A stretch of DNA of 32,000 bases from an uncultured Lentisphaeria bacterium (GCA_951812855.1 CATOSW010000001.1:30001-62000); one strand, 5' to 3'; shown: positions 19,171-27,641, counted from the stretch's first letter. Translations and numbers: made by a program. The notes: generated by a model from the letters alone, not told the origin.

Positions 19171-19599
19171 GTCGCTCCCTTCACGGGAGCGCGGATTGAA
19201 ACTGTCGAAGGGGCCTATCCCCTCCATCTGTATACAGGTCGCTCCCTTCACGGGAGCGCGGATTGAAACCGGCGCGGGACGCCGGCGTCCTCGACAAGGT
19301 CCGTCGCTCCCTTCACGGGAGCGCGGATTGAAACCCCGATCCAGAATTGATCCAATCGTTTTCGTTTTGTCGCTCCCTTCACGGGAGCGCGGATTGAAAC
19401 TAGGCTCAGGCCGGTCGATGCCCTCCGGCCAATCGTCGCTCCCTTCACGGGAGCGCGGATTGAAACTGGCGGTAGGTTTGATTGCTGCAACCGGGTTCGG
19501 GTCGCTCCCTTCACGGGAGCGCGGATTGAAACGCTGATGCCAAGAAAAGAACGCATCGAGACCGAGAGTCGCTCCCTTCACGGGAGCGCGGATTGAAAC
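19171..19599 (+). CRISPR. type I-C CRISPR array, 7 repeats / 6 spacers
   Basis: The repeat is GTCGCTCCCTTCACGGGAGCGCGGATTGAAAC (32 bp). It has the internal palindrome GCTCCC/GGGAGC and the 3' ATTGAAAC typical of type I-C. Copies start at 19171, 19238, 19303, 19369, 19435, 19501 and 19568, and all 7 are identical. Spacers are 35, 33, 34, 34, 34 and 35 bp. Confidence 0.97.
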
Positions 19600-19854
19600 T
19601 AATGTTGCATAAACATGATGATCTGACCGTTTCTCGTTCCTCCTTTCATGCGGACCTTGATCGATCTGCAGGTGCCGACGGGCGACATAAGAAGGAGACT
19701 GAGGAGACAAGGCTAAAAAGGAACGGCCGAGCGAGCAGCAGATTTTTTCTTTAACCTAGCCGGGCTTCGGAAGCCACTTCAGAAAAGTCCCGCATCGGAA
19801 TTCGATCTCCATGACGGATTCTTCATATTTCGCACCATTTTGCCAGACCACGGG

Positions 19855-20702
19855 AAGGAATCTTTTATCGCCATCCCCCGGGTCAGGTTCCGCGCGAGCA
19901 CCGATCGATTTCAAAGCGCGAGGGGTAAAAATTTAAGGAGAAGCTAAGAACCTAACGCGCCAAAAACAGCGTTTTTGCTGGGGTTTTCTCAAAAAACCGG
20001 TTCGCCCAATGTTCCATTCTGAGCGTTCTACTCCTACGATTTTACTTGAGAGTGCGATTCGTTGTCCTATCCCACTAGGGATGAAGAGACCACAATCGGT
20101 GACCGTGAACCAGCTGGCTGAAGACCTGGGATTGTCCATCAAAACCATCCACGGACGGCTGAAGCGCAATGGCGTTGACCCTTTGTCTCGTGGGGCCAAA
20201 GGGGTCTGCCACTACTCCGCGAAAGCGGCTCGGACGGCCTGTCGGGCGGTCCACCACAAGCGGCGCTCCCCGGCCAAAACCCCCGAAGAGAAGGATCTGC
20301 AAGAGCGCAAGCTCCTGAGGGAGTGCGAGAAACTCGAGTTCGAACTGGCGGTCAAGCAGGGCGATTATCTGTTAGTCAGCGTCGCGGTGGAGTTCGTCTA
20401 CGCTGCCATGTCTGTGTTCCGGGACGGCCTGCTAAAAATACCGGCAGAACTGTCAGATCGGCTAGACCCTCCGCTCAAGGCGGAGTTGAGTCGGCTCATT
20501 CGGTCTCGAATCAACGAGTGTGCGACCCAGTTGGATGAGATCGACAGCGCAAAATAAGGGCCTCGCGCCGCTGGTCGAAGGGGCCAAACGGGCGATTACA
20601 GTCGCGCATTGCGACGACATTCTCAGCTGGCTAGATCAAACGCTGTATCTGCGCGACTCTCCCTATGGCAACCGCTTCAAGTCGGTGGTGTCGCCGTGGC
20701 TT
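19855..20702 (+). repeat. left arm of long diverged inverted repeat (upstream region + terS + first ~60 codons of terL)
   Basis: AAGGAATCTTTTATCGCCATCCCCCGGGTCAGGTTCCGCGC... at 19855 matches the reverse complement of ...28960. Similarity runs through terS to ...TTCAAGTCGGTGGTGTCGCCGTGGCT (~20702). By eye, identity is roughly 80-90 percent (not computed). Confidence 0.85.
20009..20557 (+). CDS. terS: phage terminase small subunit-like protein (N-terminal HTH), 182 aa (or 158 aa from ATG 20081)
   Basis: HTH segment VTVNQLAEDLGLSIKTIHGRLKRNGV, followed by the coiled segment ERKLLRECEKLEFELAVKQGDYL, which resembles Nu1-type small terminases. It lies immediately upstream of terL and overlaps it. 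Confidence 0.65.
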   Translation: MFHSERSTPTILLESAIRCPIPLGMKRPQSVTVNQLAEDLGLSIKTIHGRLKRNGVDPLSRGAKGVCHYSAKAARTACRAVHHKRRSPAKTPEEKDLQERKLLRECEKLEFELAVKQGDYLLVSVAVEFVYAAMSVFRDGLLKIPAELSDRLDPPLKAELSRLIRSRINECATQLDEIDSAK

Positions 20703-22311
20703 CACGAGCCGTTGCGGTCCCTCACCGATCCGAACGTGCGGGAGATCTGGATTATGGCCTCGGCTCAGGGCGGCAAAACAATCGCCCTGCTTTCGCACCT
20801 GCTCTACTCCTTGGTCCATGACCCGGGGCCAACAATGGTGGTTCTGGACACGGACAAAGCGGCGGTCGCCTGGTGGGAGAGCAAGCTCGATCCGACGCTG
20901 AAGCATTGTCCGGCCTTGGTCGGCAGGCTGCCGCAAAACCCGGAGCGCTACAAGAAGTCGGCCATTCTGATGCCGGACGCGACCGTGCGGATCGGTCCGG
21001 CCAACAACTCGTTCCTGCGCAGTCATTCGATCCGTTATCTCGCCTGCGACGAGGTCTCGAAATGGCCGGTCGGCAACATCGCCAACGCCAAAGCTCGCTG
21101 TCGCCAGTTTGGGGATCGGAAGATGGTCTTTTGTTCGACGCCGCTGGACGTCGACAACGAGTTCACTGTCGGATGGGAATCCGGCAGCCGCGAGTATTGG
21201 GCCTTTGGTTGTTTGGGGTGCGGCGAGCCTTTCGCGCCAAAATTCCGCGAGCACATGCGCTGGGATTCAGGGCCGGAGGTCAAGCCCAACGGCGTCTGGG
21301 ACATCGTGGGCGCGGCGGCCACGGCGCGCCTGGTTTGTCCTCGGTGTGGCCACGAACACCCCCACACAGCAGAAACCATCGCTCGGCTCAACGCGGGCGG
21401 TCGATACGTGAGCGACCGATCAATCGGAGCGGTGCGGTCGTTCCATTTCTCCTCACTCGTATTGAGCCCAAAAGTCTGTAGCTGGTCCGAGCTGGTCGCC
21501 GAATTCCTGTCCGCGAAGATCAGCGCGGAGATTCGTCCGCCGGCCCTGCTGAAGGAATTTGTCAACTTGCAGTTGGCCGAACCCTGGGACGACGTCGTCC
21601 CGACCGAGGAGAAAATCAGCGTCAGCGATACCCCAGTCCAGAGCCCTGCTGATTTTGACGGTCGATGTTCAGAAGGACCATTTTTGGGCGCTCGTTCGGG
21701 CCTGGTCCAAATCGGGAAACTCCACGCTCATACGCTTTGCACGGGTGGGGTCCTGGGACGAGGTGGCGTCGGTCGCGACGAGCGAGGGCGTTGAGAACAA
21801 ATATGTCTTCGCGGACTCGCGATTCGACACCGCGACGGTGGAGATGGAGTGCGCCCGGCGCGGATGGCGGACCTTGCAAGGCTCCAGTCGAGACTCGTTC
21901 AGGTGGACAGCGCCCAAGGGGAGTCCACGCGGGAAATCCAGCGAACGCTATTACTCGCCTCTCCGCCGCTGCTACGTCGCCCGCTCGCGGGACCGGCGAC
22001 AAACGGCGGTCATCACCCAGCGCATCGTGTTGGCGAGCAATCCCCTCAAAACGATGGCACATCGCCTAAGCGTGGGGCGGGGAGGCGTCCGTTGGGAAAC
22101 CAGCAACCTCGCCTTGGGCCAGTGGCAGGATGACTATCTGCATCAAATGAAGGGCGAACAGTTGCGGCGGGTGGGAACGGAGTATGTGTGGAAGAGGATC
22201 CACGACAACCACGCCTTCGATTTGGAATACTACCAAGTCGGCCTGGCTCTGGCGGCGGGCATTAGATTTGACAGCGGAACTCGTGCGGCCAAGGTGAGCG
22301 GCGATGGCTAG
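20535..22311 (+). pseudogene. terL: phage terminase large subunit, GpA family, with one frameshift near 21631
   Basis: The N-terminal part is in frame 0 (SPYGNRFKSVVSPWLHEPL, Walker-A-like ASAQGGKT, ACDEVSKWP, Zn-ribbon CLGCGEPF...CPRCGHEH). The C-terminal nuclease part is in frame +1 (LLILTVDVQKDHFWALVRAW...). The frames switch around the C4 run at 21631-21634. No portal or capsid genes follow. Confidence 0.85.
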
Positions 22312-22677
22312 AGCAAGACAGGCATGGTAGATCCGGCAAATGCTCGGGGGCTAAGTACGACTTGCTCTCCCAGGAGCACCAGCTCGTCGAGATTAGCGAC
22401 ATGGCCTTTGGTTTGATTACCCTTGGCTCCGGAGCCTTGCCTTTTTGTTTCTCCTTCTCCATTGGCGTCTCATGGAGAAAGCCGCTTGTTTATTAAATTC
22501 TTAATAATTAAAGACCCGCCCTCCTCAAGCCGTCACAGAAGCGGTTTCCCTTTGTTTTAGGGCTTTTTTGCTCGAAACCGCCGCTTGAATCACCGCAACG
22601 ACCACATGACAAAGGGGCTCCTTTGATAGAGGGTGGGGTTCGGAACGAGGCGGGTCCCCTAGGCCCCCCCTACGGCT

Positions 22678-23361
22678 TCAAAGGCTCGGGACCTTCCCTC
22701 GCTTCAGGATACGCCGCACAGAAGATCGCCCGATGTTCAGCTGGCGGGCGATCGCCGCTTGGCTGTGCCCTTCCTGGTGCAGGGCGGTGATTTGGTCGGC
22801 CACCAGAATCACGGTCGCCGGTCGGCCATGGGGACGGCCCGCTTTTCGCGCCCGGGCGATGCCCGCCCTCACCCGTTCACGCAAAATCTCCCGCTCGAAC
22901 TCCGCGAACACCGCCAGCAAGCCGGCCATGGCCCGCCCCCCAGGGGTCGTCAGATCCAAGGCTTCGGTCACCGAGATGAAACCGACCTCCAGGGCGGAGA
23001 GTTCCTGCAGCGTTCCCACCAAGTCAGGGAGGGAACGGCCCCATCGGTCCAGGCGCCAGACCAAGATCGCGTCCACCTCCCGGCGCCGAGCGGCTTTCAT
23101 CAGCGCTTCCCGTTCGGGCCGGTCAGTTGCTCCGGAGCCGATCTCCGCGATTTCGGTTACCGATTGCCACTCACGGCTCCGAACGTATCGCCGCAGGGCG
23201 TCCAACTGCAGGGGCAATGTCTGCTGGTCATGGGTGGAGACCCGGGCGTAGAGAGCGGCTCGAACGGGCCTTTGAGCCCCCTGGCCATAAACCTCCGGGC
23301 CGGAGGCCGCCAAAAGGGGCCGATTTCCGAGGGTTTCGAGGGCCGGGGAAGGCATGGCCAA
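22678..23361 (-). CDS. small serine recombinase (resolvase/invertase family), 227 aa
   Basis: Catalytic N-terminal domain (ALYARVSTHDQQ, VWRLDRWGRS, AEFEREILRERV) and a C-terminal HTH (GHSQAAIARQLNIGRSSVRRILKRG). The ~35-aa N-terminal extension may reflect a later true start. Confidence 0.9.
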   Translation of the reverse strand: MAMPSPALETLGNRPLLAASGPEVYGQGAQRPVRAALYARVSTHDQQTLPLQLDALRRYVRSREWQSVTEIAEIGSGATDRPEREALMKAARRREVDAILVWRLDRWGRSLPDLVGTLQELSALEVGFISVTEALDLTTPGGRAMAGLLAVFAEFEREILRERVRAGIARARKAGRPHGRPATVILVADQITALHQEGHSQAAIARQLNIGRSSVRRILKRGKVPSL

Positions 23362-23622
23362 AAACTAGTGTTTCAGGCCAGATCCGTCAAATCGACCGTC
23401 TCCCGGGAATGGCGATCAGGGATGACGCCCGTTTTCGCGCGAGAATGCCACTAGGAACGCGCTTGCTTTCAGCGTGATGGATCTTTCATCCATGTGGGGC
23501 TATTGCGTTCGCGGGAGATTCCGGAGCGGAGATTCGGCTCCTTTCCTTAGCTCGCAGGATGGTTGCGCAGGATAGTCGACATCCCATTATCGAGAAGAGC
23601 GCGCCGCTTTGCGGGTTACGCC

Positions 23623-23925
23623 CTAGTCTTTAGCACCATTGGCACGCTTCTGTTCTTCTTCCTCCATCTCTAGTCTTTCAAAAATAAATTGCCGGACTTC
23701 TTTCGCCACCTCTCGGAGAACAGCACAGAGGTGCTCGTCCGTGGTGTAGCGTCGGACCTGGATTTCCACCTCAGAATCTGGCAAAACCGCCCATGACACA
23801 ATTAGGCCACCGAGATCGCCGGGATCCATTGACAACTCTCGTGCCGCTCCCTCGACAATCTCAGAAATGGCGACACACCCGCTCCGGGCCATCGACCGAC
23901 CAATCGAACGAATTGAAGCTCCCAT
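23623..23925 (-). CDS. hypothetical small acidic protein, 100 aa
   Basis: The ORF has protein-like composition and an acidic C-terminal helix (ERLEMEEEEQKRA). It is on the same strand as the recombinase and upstream of it. I recognise no family. Confidence 0.45.
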   Translation of the reverse strand: MGASIRSIGRSMARSGCVAISEIVEGAARELSMDPGDLGGLIVSWAVLPDSEVEIQVRRYTTDEHLCAVLREVAKEVRQFIFERLEMEEEEQKRANGAKD

Positions 23926-24070
23926 CGCCCCACTATCTCACAACTCTTCAAAAAATGCATGTTTTTGTGAAAGGACCTCACACGCCGCTCACGCGCCCCG
24001 TGAAACGAGAACGCCAAAATCACCTTTGGAAAGATTCTAACTCCTCTGAAACGTGGCCCCGTAGCTCAAA

Positions 24071-24794
24071 TCAACCCTTCCACGGGGAGGCTCCGTTCTT
24101 CGGCGGACAGGCCTGCTTTCGCTCCATGCGCCCGGCTTGCCCGGCCGCCAGTTCCTCAAACCGCCGCAGAGCATCGGAAAGCGTTCTGCAAGTCCATCCA
24201 TGGGTTCCCCAGTGGAGGGTCGTCGGCAGACGCTCATCGCCCGTCCGCTGAACCGTGCCGTCGGGGAAGCGATAGTCTTTCTCGGTCCGACGTACGCGCA
24301 TGACATCATAGCCCATAACCTCCGCATTCGAATGCACCACCGAATACATCACCGCGTCCCCGGACCGAGCCACCAGGTTACGCTCCAATCCGTGGCGCCG
24401 GTAATGAATGGGAATGCGTTTCACGGATGTTATGACGCCCGGTCGCGGGTTTTCCCACAAAGGGATGACCGAGAGTTTAAGGCGACTCCAAAAACGCTCA
24501 CGCGCCGACTCACAAGCCTCGCCGCCGTCGGCGGCGATAAGCGGAGCGATTGACGGGCTCCCGGAATCGCCGTCGGACTCGGGAGGGCTTCTGGAACGTC
24601 TGGGGCGTGAGTTGGGGATTCTGTTGGGCGATGACAATGAAGCCCTTGCCACAAGTGGGACATGTGACGCGCCAGCCCAGGCGGGACCCATCCAGGTAGA
24701 GGAGGGCTCCACAGCACCGACACCCGGTGCGATAGCTCAAGCCGTCTCCAGCGTGAGATGGGGCGGGATCAAGCGCTTGGTTCCTTTCTTTCAT
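24071..24794 (-). CDS. Zn-ribbon protein fused or frameshifted to an unknown ~130-aa domain
   Basis: ORF 24510-24794 encodes a Cys4 ribbon (CRCCGALLYLDGSRLGWRVTCPTCGKGF). The overlapping ORF 24071-24712, in another frame, encodes a globular-looking domain (IPLWENPRPGVITS...YSVVHSNAEVMGYDVMRVRR...WGTHGWTCRTLSDALRRFEEL). This is either one frameshifted gene or two overlapping genes. Confidence 0.45.
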
Positions 24795-24884
24795 GGGAAT
24801 AGCTTATCTGGAGAGAGCCACGCGCTCGATTTCAAAACGCCCTCAAAACGGGCCTGACCAAGTCCACTGACTAAGCAGTGAGGC

Positions 24885-25124
24885 TTGCCCATCCCCTCGC
24901 TTCCGAACAGGCTCCAGCGGATACCAGACCCCGCAACAGACCTCACAATCATGAAACGCGACAAAGCGACCACTCGGACTCTTGAGCGCCTCCGCCAACG
25001 AGCGGATCGGGATAAACAACGGGTCGAGGCATTGGAAGCGGGTGCAACCCAAGCGCTGGACTGTTTGAGTAGCGGACAGCCGCAAACCGCGATCCGGGTA
25101 CTTCGGCACCTCTTGGATTCATGA
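24885..25124 (+). CDS. hypothetical small helical protein (79 aa; 57 aa if started at ATG 24951)
   Basis: The stop overlaps the ssb start (ATGA at 25121-25124). It has a coiled-coil-like segment, TLERLRQRADRDKQRVEALEA. No family is recognised. Confidence 0.4.
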   Translation: MPIPSLPNRLQRIPDPATDLTIMKRDKATTRTLERLRQRADRDKQRVEALEAGATQALDCLSSGQPQTAIRVLRHLLDS

Positions 25125-25582
25125 ATTACAACAAAGTCGTTCTCGTGGGGCGTTTGACCCGCGACCCCGAAGTGCGCTACACCACCAAAGGCGTGGCGGT
25201 GGCCACTTTTGGCCTCGCCTGCAACCGGCGTTACCGGGCTCGGGACGGCCAGCCCGCCGAGGAAACCACCTTCGTCGATGTCACCGCCTTTGGCGACACG
25301 GCCGAAGAGATGAGACAATCGCTGTCCAAGGGCTCCCCCGTCCTTCTGGAAGGCCGTCTGCGTAACGAATCATGGGTGGATCGCAACGGGCACAAGCGCA
25401 GCTTCACCAAAGTCCTTTGCGAATCCTTCAACCTCCTCGCCTCCCGAAGGGGTGACACCTCGCCCCCATCCCAGAGCCCCTCCCCCTCAAGCCCGCCGAA
25501 GCCTCAGACCGAAGCGACGAGCCCGAGCCAACCCGAGACCAGAGCCCCAAAAGGGGGCGAAGAAGACGATGTGCCCTTTTAA
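25121..25582 (+). CDS. ssb: single-stranded DNA-binding protein, 153 aa
   Basis: OB-fold N-terminus (MNYNKVVLVGRLTRDPEVRYTTKGVAVATFGLA), a Pro/Ser-rich linker, and the canonical acidic tip EEDDVPF. Confidence 0.93.
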   Translation: MNYNKVVLVGRLTRDPEVRYTTKGVAVATFGLACNRRYRARDGQPAEETTFVDVTAFGDTAEEMRQSLSKGSPVLLEGRLRNESWVDRNGHKRSFTKVLCESFNLLASRRGDTSPPSQSPSPSSPPKPQTEATSPSQPETRAPKGGEEDDVPF

Positions 25583-25906
25583 CGCGGTGGCTTGCACGAG
25601 CGGAGGGAGCTATCGGGACGTCGGGAGATGGTGCCGAGGAGATGCGTTCCGCAATCCGGCGAGAACCCCATGGAAAACGGATACCGCGAGCGGGCCTCGA
25701 AACACAGTCTCACGGCGGTTGCTCTGACTTATTGCCGCCCTGCAAGGCGATAACGGCTCTCGGGAAGGGCACCGAGACCGGACGGGATGACCGAGCTCAG
25801 GACGCCGCCACGCGCGGGTCCAACCCGCCGCCCAAGTGCATCACGGACTTGCTTTGAATAACGGGCCTTGCTACTCTCGCACTCATGTTAGCCCAGAATT
25901 AAAGCT

Positions 25907-25942
25907 GAAAACCTCCGCCCTTTTTCAAGAACGGAGGTTTTC
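25907..25942. other. 11-bp-stem hairpin (possible bidirectional terminator or origin structure)
   Basis: GAAAACCTCCG (25907-25917) pairs with CGGAGGTTTTC (25932-25942) across a 14-nt loop. It is followed by AT-rich palindromes (CTCTTTTT-CGTA-AAAAAGAG at ~25970-25990 and AAAAAATATTTTT at ~26040). Confidence 0.3.
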
Positions 25943-26199
25943 GCAAAGCCGCTGCGAATACACAACGCCCTCTTTTTCGTAAAAAAGAGCGTAGTATCCG
26001 AGGGGGCCGAAGGCAACCGGAAAATGAGACTACGCGAAAAAATATTTTTAGAGACCGAGAGGGCGGGAACACCCCTTTTTCTTACCTCGCCTTCAGGTAC
26101 GGTGCCTTTCTTTCGCGTTCCGAACCGTCTTTTCCCTGATTTCCGCGGGTTTTTCGCCCTTGGTCCCACGACAAAACCCGTGAACCGGAAGGGGGACGT

Positions 26200-26859
26200 G
26201 TGAGCAAAGGCGCTCCCACCGGTCTGCCCTCCGACCCGAGGCAGCTGCGAACGAAACTGCACATCGTCCGGGTCGGTGACTGCTTTCAAAAGACCCGCAC
26301 CATCGCCAAGAAGGTCCGGCTGGCCATTAAAACCGTGACCGCCACTCTGTGCGCCCTCGTCCAAGGCGGTTGGGTCACCGCCACCCCTCGAGAAGGGAAA
26401 ACCACCCTCTACCGCCAGCGGAATGCCAAGGAATACTATTTCCCGGCCTGGATCGACGACCTGGGCATGACCGCCCTTCGGACCCTTGTCGTCGGCCTTT
26501 TCTTGGTCGCCCCTACCATCTCCCGACGTCAAATCGCTAAGACCCTCCACATTTCGGTCTCCACCGTCGACCGGGCCATCGCCGACCTCGTGGCGCGGGG
26601 GTATCTCCGCATCGAGCACACTCCCGGCAAGGCCAACCGGTATGTGCTGGTCTACAACGGGGAGGACTTCATTCGCAACACTGCGTTGGTCAAAACCGAG
26701 TGCTCGAAAAAGAAAAACCAGAAACGGAAGAACAAAGAAGAGCTAAAACCCCAGCATCACCCCATCCTTGACCGCCAGCCGGCTCCGACTGAAAAGGTCG
26801 AACAAGCCGTCTCTTTTCTAAGCGGTCTCAAAGGCCAACTCAGCGCTCTTGGACCGTAG
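26200..26859 (+). CDS. double winged-helix DNA-binding protein, Rep-like (putative replication initiator or regulator), 219 aa, GTG start
   Basis: Two tandem wHTH-like units: TRTIAKKVRLAIKTVTATLCALVQGGWVTATPREGKTTLY and SRRQIAKTLHISVSTVDRAIADLVARGYLRIEHTPGKANRYVL. It has a basic C-terminal tail. Iteron-like repeats lie ~215 bp downstream. The antisense ORF 25888-26619 is rejected. Confidence 0.6.
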   Translation: MSKGAPTGLPSDPRQLRTKLHIVRVGDCFQKTRTIAKKVRLAIKTVTATLCALVQGGWVTATPREGKTTLYRQRNAKEYYFPAWIDDLGMTALRTLVVGLFLVAPTISRRQIAKTLHISVSTVDRAIADLVARGYLRIEHTPGKANRYVLVYNGEDFIRNTALVKTECSKKKNQKRKNKEELKPQHHPILDRQPAPTEKVEQAVSFLSGLKGQLSALGP

Positions 26860-27073
26860 GTCCGCCCCTTTTCGCCAGCCGCTTTAGCCGGTGCCGCAGT
26901 CCTGGGCGGTAACCGGTTTTTTGCGTTTGGAGAAGGCCACACTCCCGTCCAAAGAGACTCAAAAGCGTCTTTTCCCCCTCTCCGGCTCCCTCTGAGCCCT
27001 GATTTCACGTTCCAGTCAGCCCACCCAAGCGACCCGATCCTAAAGCGAAGGTGGTTTCAAGCCCTCTCAGGGC

Positions 27074-27135
27074 TAACCCTACCTCAAAAACGTTTTTACC
27101 CTGGCTCAAATAGAGTTCTAACCCTAGGTCAAAAA
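27074..27135 (+). repeat. three iteron-like direct repeats
   Basis: TAACCCTACCTCAAAAA (27074-27090), TTACCCTGGCTCAAATA (27096-27112) and TAACCCTAGGTCAAAAA (27119-27135). Start-to-start spacing is 22 and 23 bp, about two helical turns. An AT-rich stretch, TTTATTATAAG, follows. Confidence 0.55.
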
Positions 27136-27245
27136 GGGGGTCCTAAGGGTTTATTATAAGTGTACACCCCTGGAAGACCGACTGATCCCACCCTTCACTC
27201 CCCCTCCAGGGCCTCGGAAATTTTTTTAAGGATTTTTTTTTAAGG

Positions 27246-27283
27246 GTCGGCGGGCCTGGGCGCTCCGCGCCCGCCGACTTTTT
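27246..27283 (+). terminator. strong rho-independent terminator
   Basis: GTCGGCGGGC (27246-27255) pairs with GCCCGCCGAC (27269-27278). An inner GCG/CGC pairing and TTTTT (27279-27283) follow. There is no T-run on the other strand. Confidence 0.6.
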
Positions 27284-27520
27284 CCGGAGGGAAAGCGCTC
27301 GCGTTGGCGAGTGATTCAATCCCTTCCACAAGGGTTAGGAGACCCATGCGGAATTCCCAACGGGAATGACTGTCACAAATGCCTCCCTCCGAATGGTGTT
27401 TGAACGTCTGTGAGGCTCGTTGGAAAGGTTTCCAGGGTAAGGAATCTCTTTTCCGGGAACGGTCGATGGGTCCGAGCCAACCCCATCGCTCTCCTTTACA
27501 CGCACCGAAAAAAATCGACC

Positions 27521-27641
27521 TATCCGAAATACCGTATATCCGAAATCCGGAATTCGTGGATGCGCGACGGATGAAGAAAAGCGGCAGCGGGCTAGACAAA
27601 ACCGGAGCCGTAAAAAAATACTGGCTCCGAAAATCCGGAAA
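27521..27641 (+). promoter_or_regulatory. operator-like repeats upstream of the RHH gene
   Basis: TATCCGAAAT occurs at 27521-27530 and 27537-27546. The near-palindrome CGAAATCCGGAATTCG lies at 27541-27556 (14/16 symmetric). The related TCCGAAAATCCGGAAA lies at 27626-27641, 16 nt before the ATG at 27657. Confidence 0.4.

Noticed and set aside
19203-19567. Self-targeting of the adjacent mobile element by the six spacers
   Set aside because: I found no match longer than ~11 nt anywhere in the window by eye. This is not exhaustive and needs a computed search.
8123-19599. IS21 transposase/AAA+ ATPase (IstA/IstB) directly upstream of a type I cas operon, considered as a possible CRISPR-associated transposon
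   Set aside because: The IS is a self-contained unit with its own inverted ends and a 5-bp target duplication inside another IS remnant. The cas operon is a complete canonical type I-C with nuclease-proficient-looking cas3 and the adaptation genes. No tniQ-like gene is present.
19096-19710. ORFs 19096-19710(-), 19142-19537(+) and 19248-19556(-) with internally repeated peptides (FNPRSREGSD, LPSRERGLK, SIRAPVKGAT)
   Set aside because: They are translations of the CRISPR repeats. The periodic peptide repeats are an artefact of the array.
20631-23454. Antisense or alternative-frame ORFs over terL and the recombinase (20631-21254, 20873-21481, 21035-21565, 21622-22062, 22733-23251, 22759-23454)
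   Set aside because: They overlap frames with clear terminase or serine-recombinase motifs. High GC content generates long spurious frames.
25642-25857. 71-aa ORF after ssb
   Set aside because: Arg/Gly/Pro-rich with no start context or motifs. The region is more plausibly non-coding and leads into the hairpin/AT-rich region upstream of the Rep-like gene.
25888-26619. 243-aa minus-strand ORF opposite the Rep-like gene
   Set aside because: It is Gly/Arg/Pro-rich with no motifs. The plus-strand product has two clean winged-helix units.
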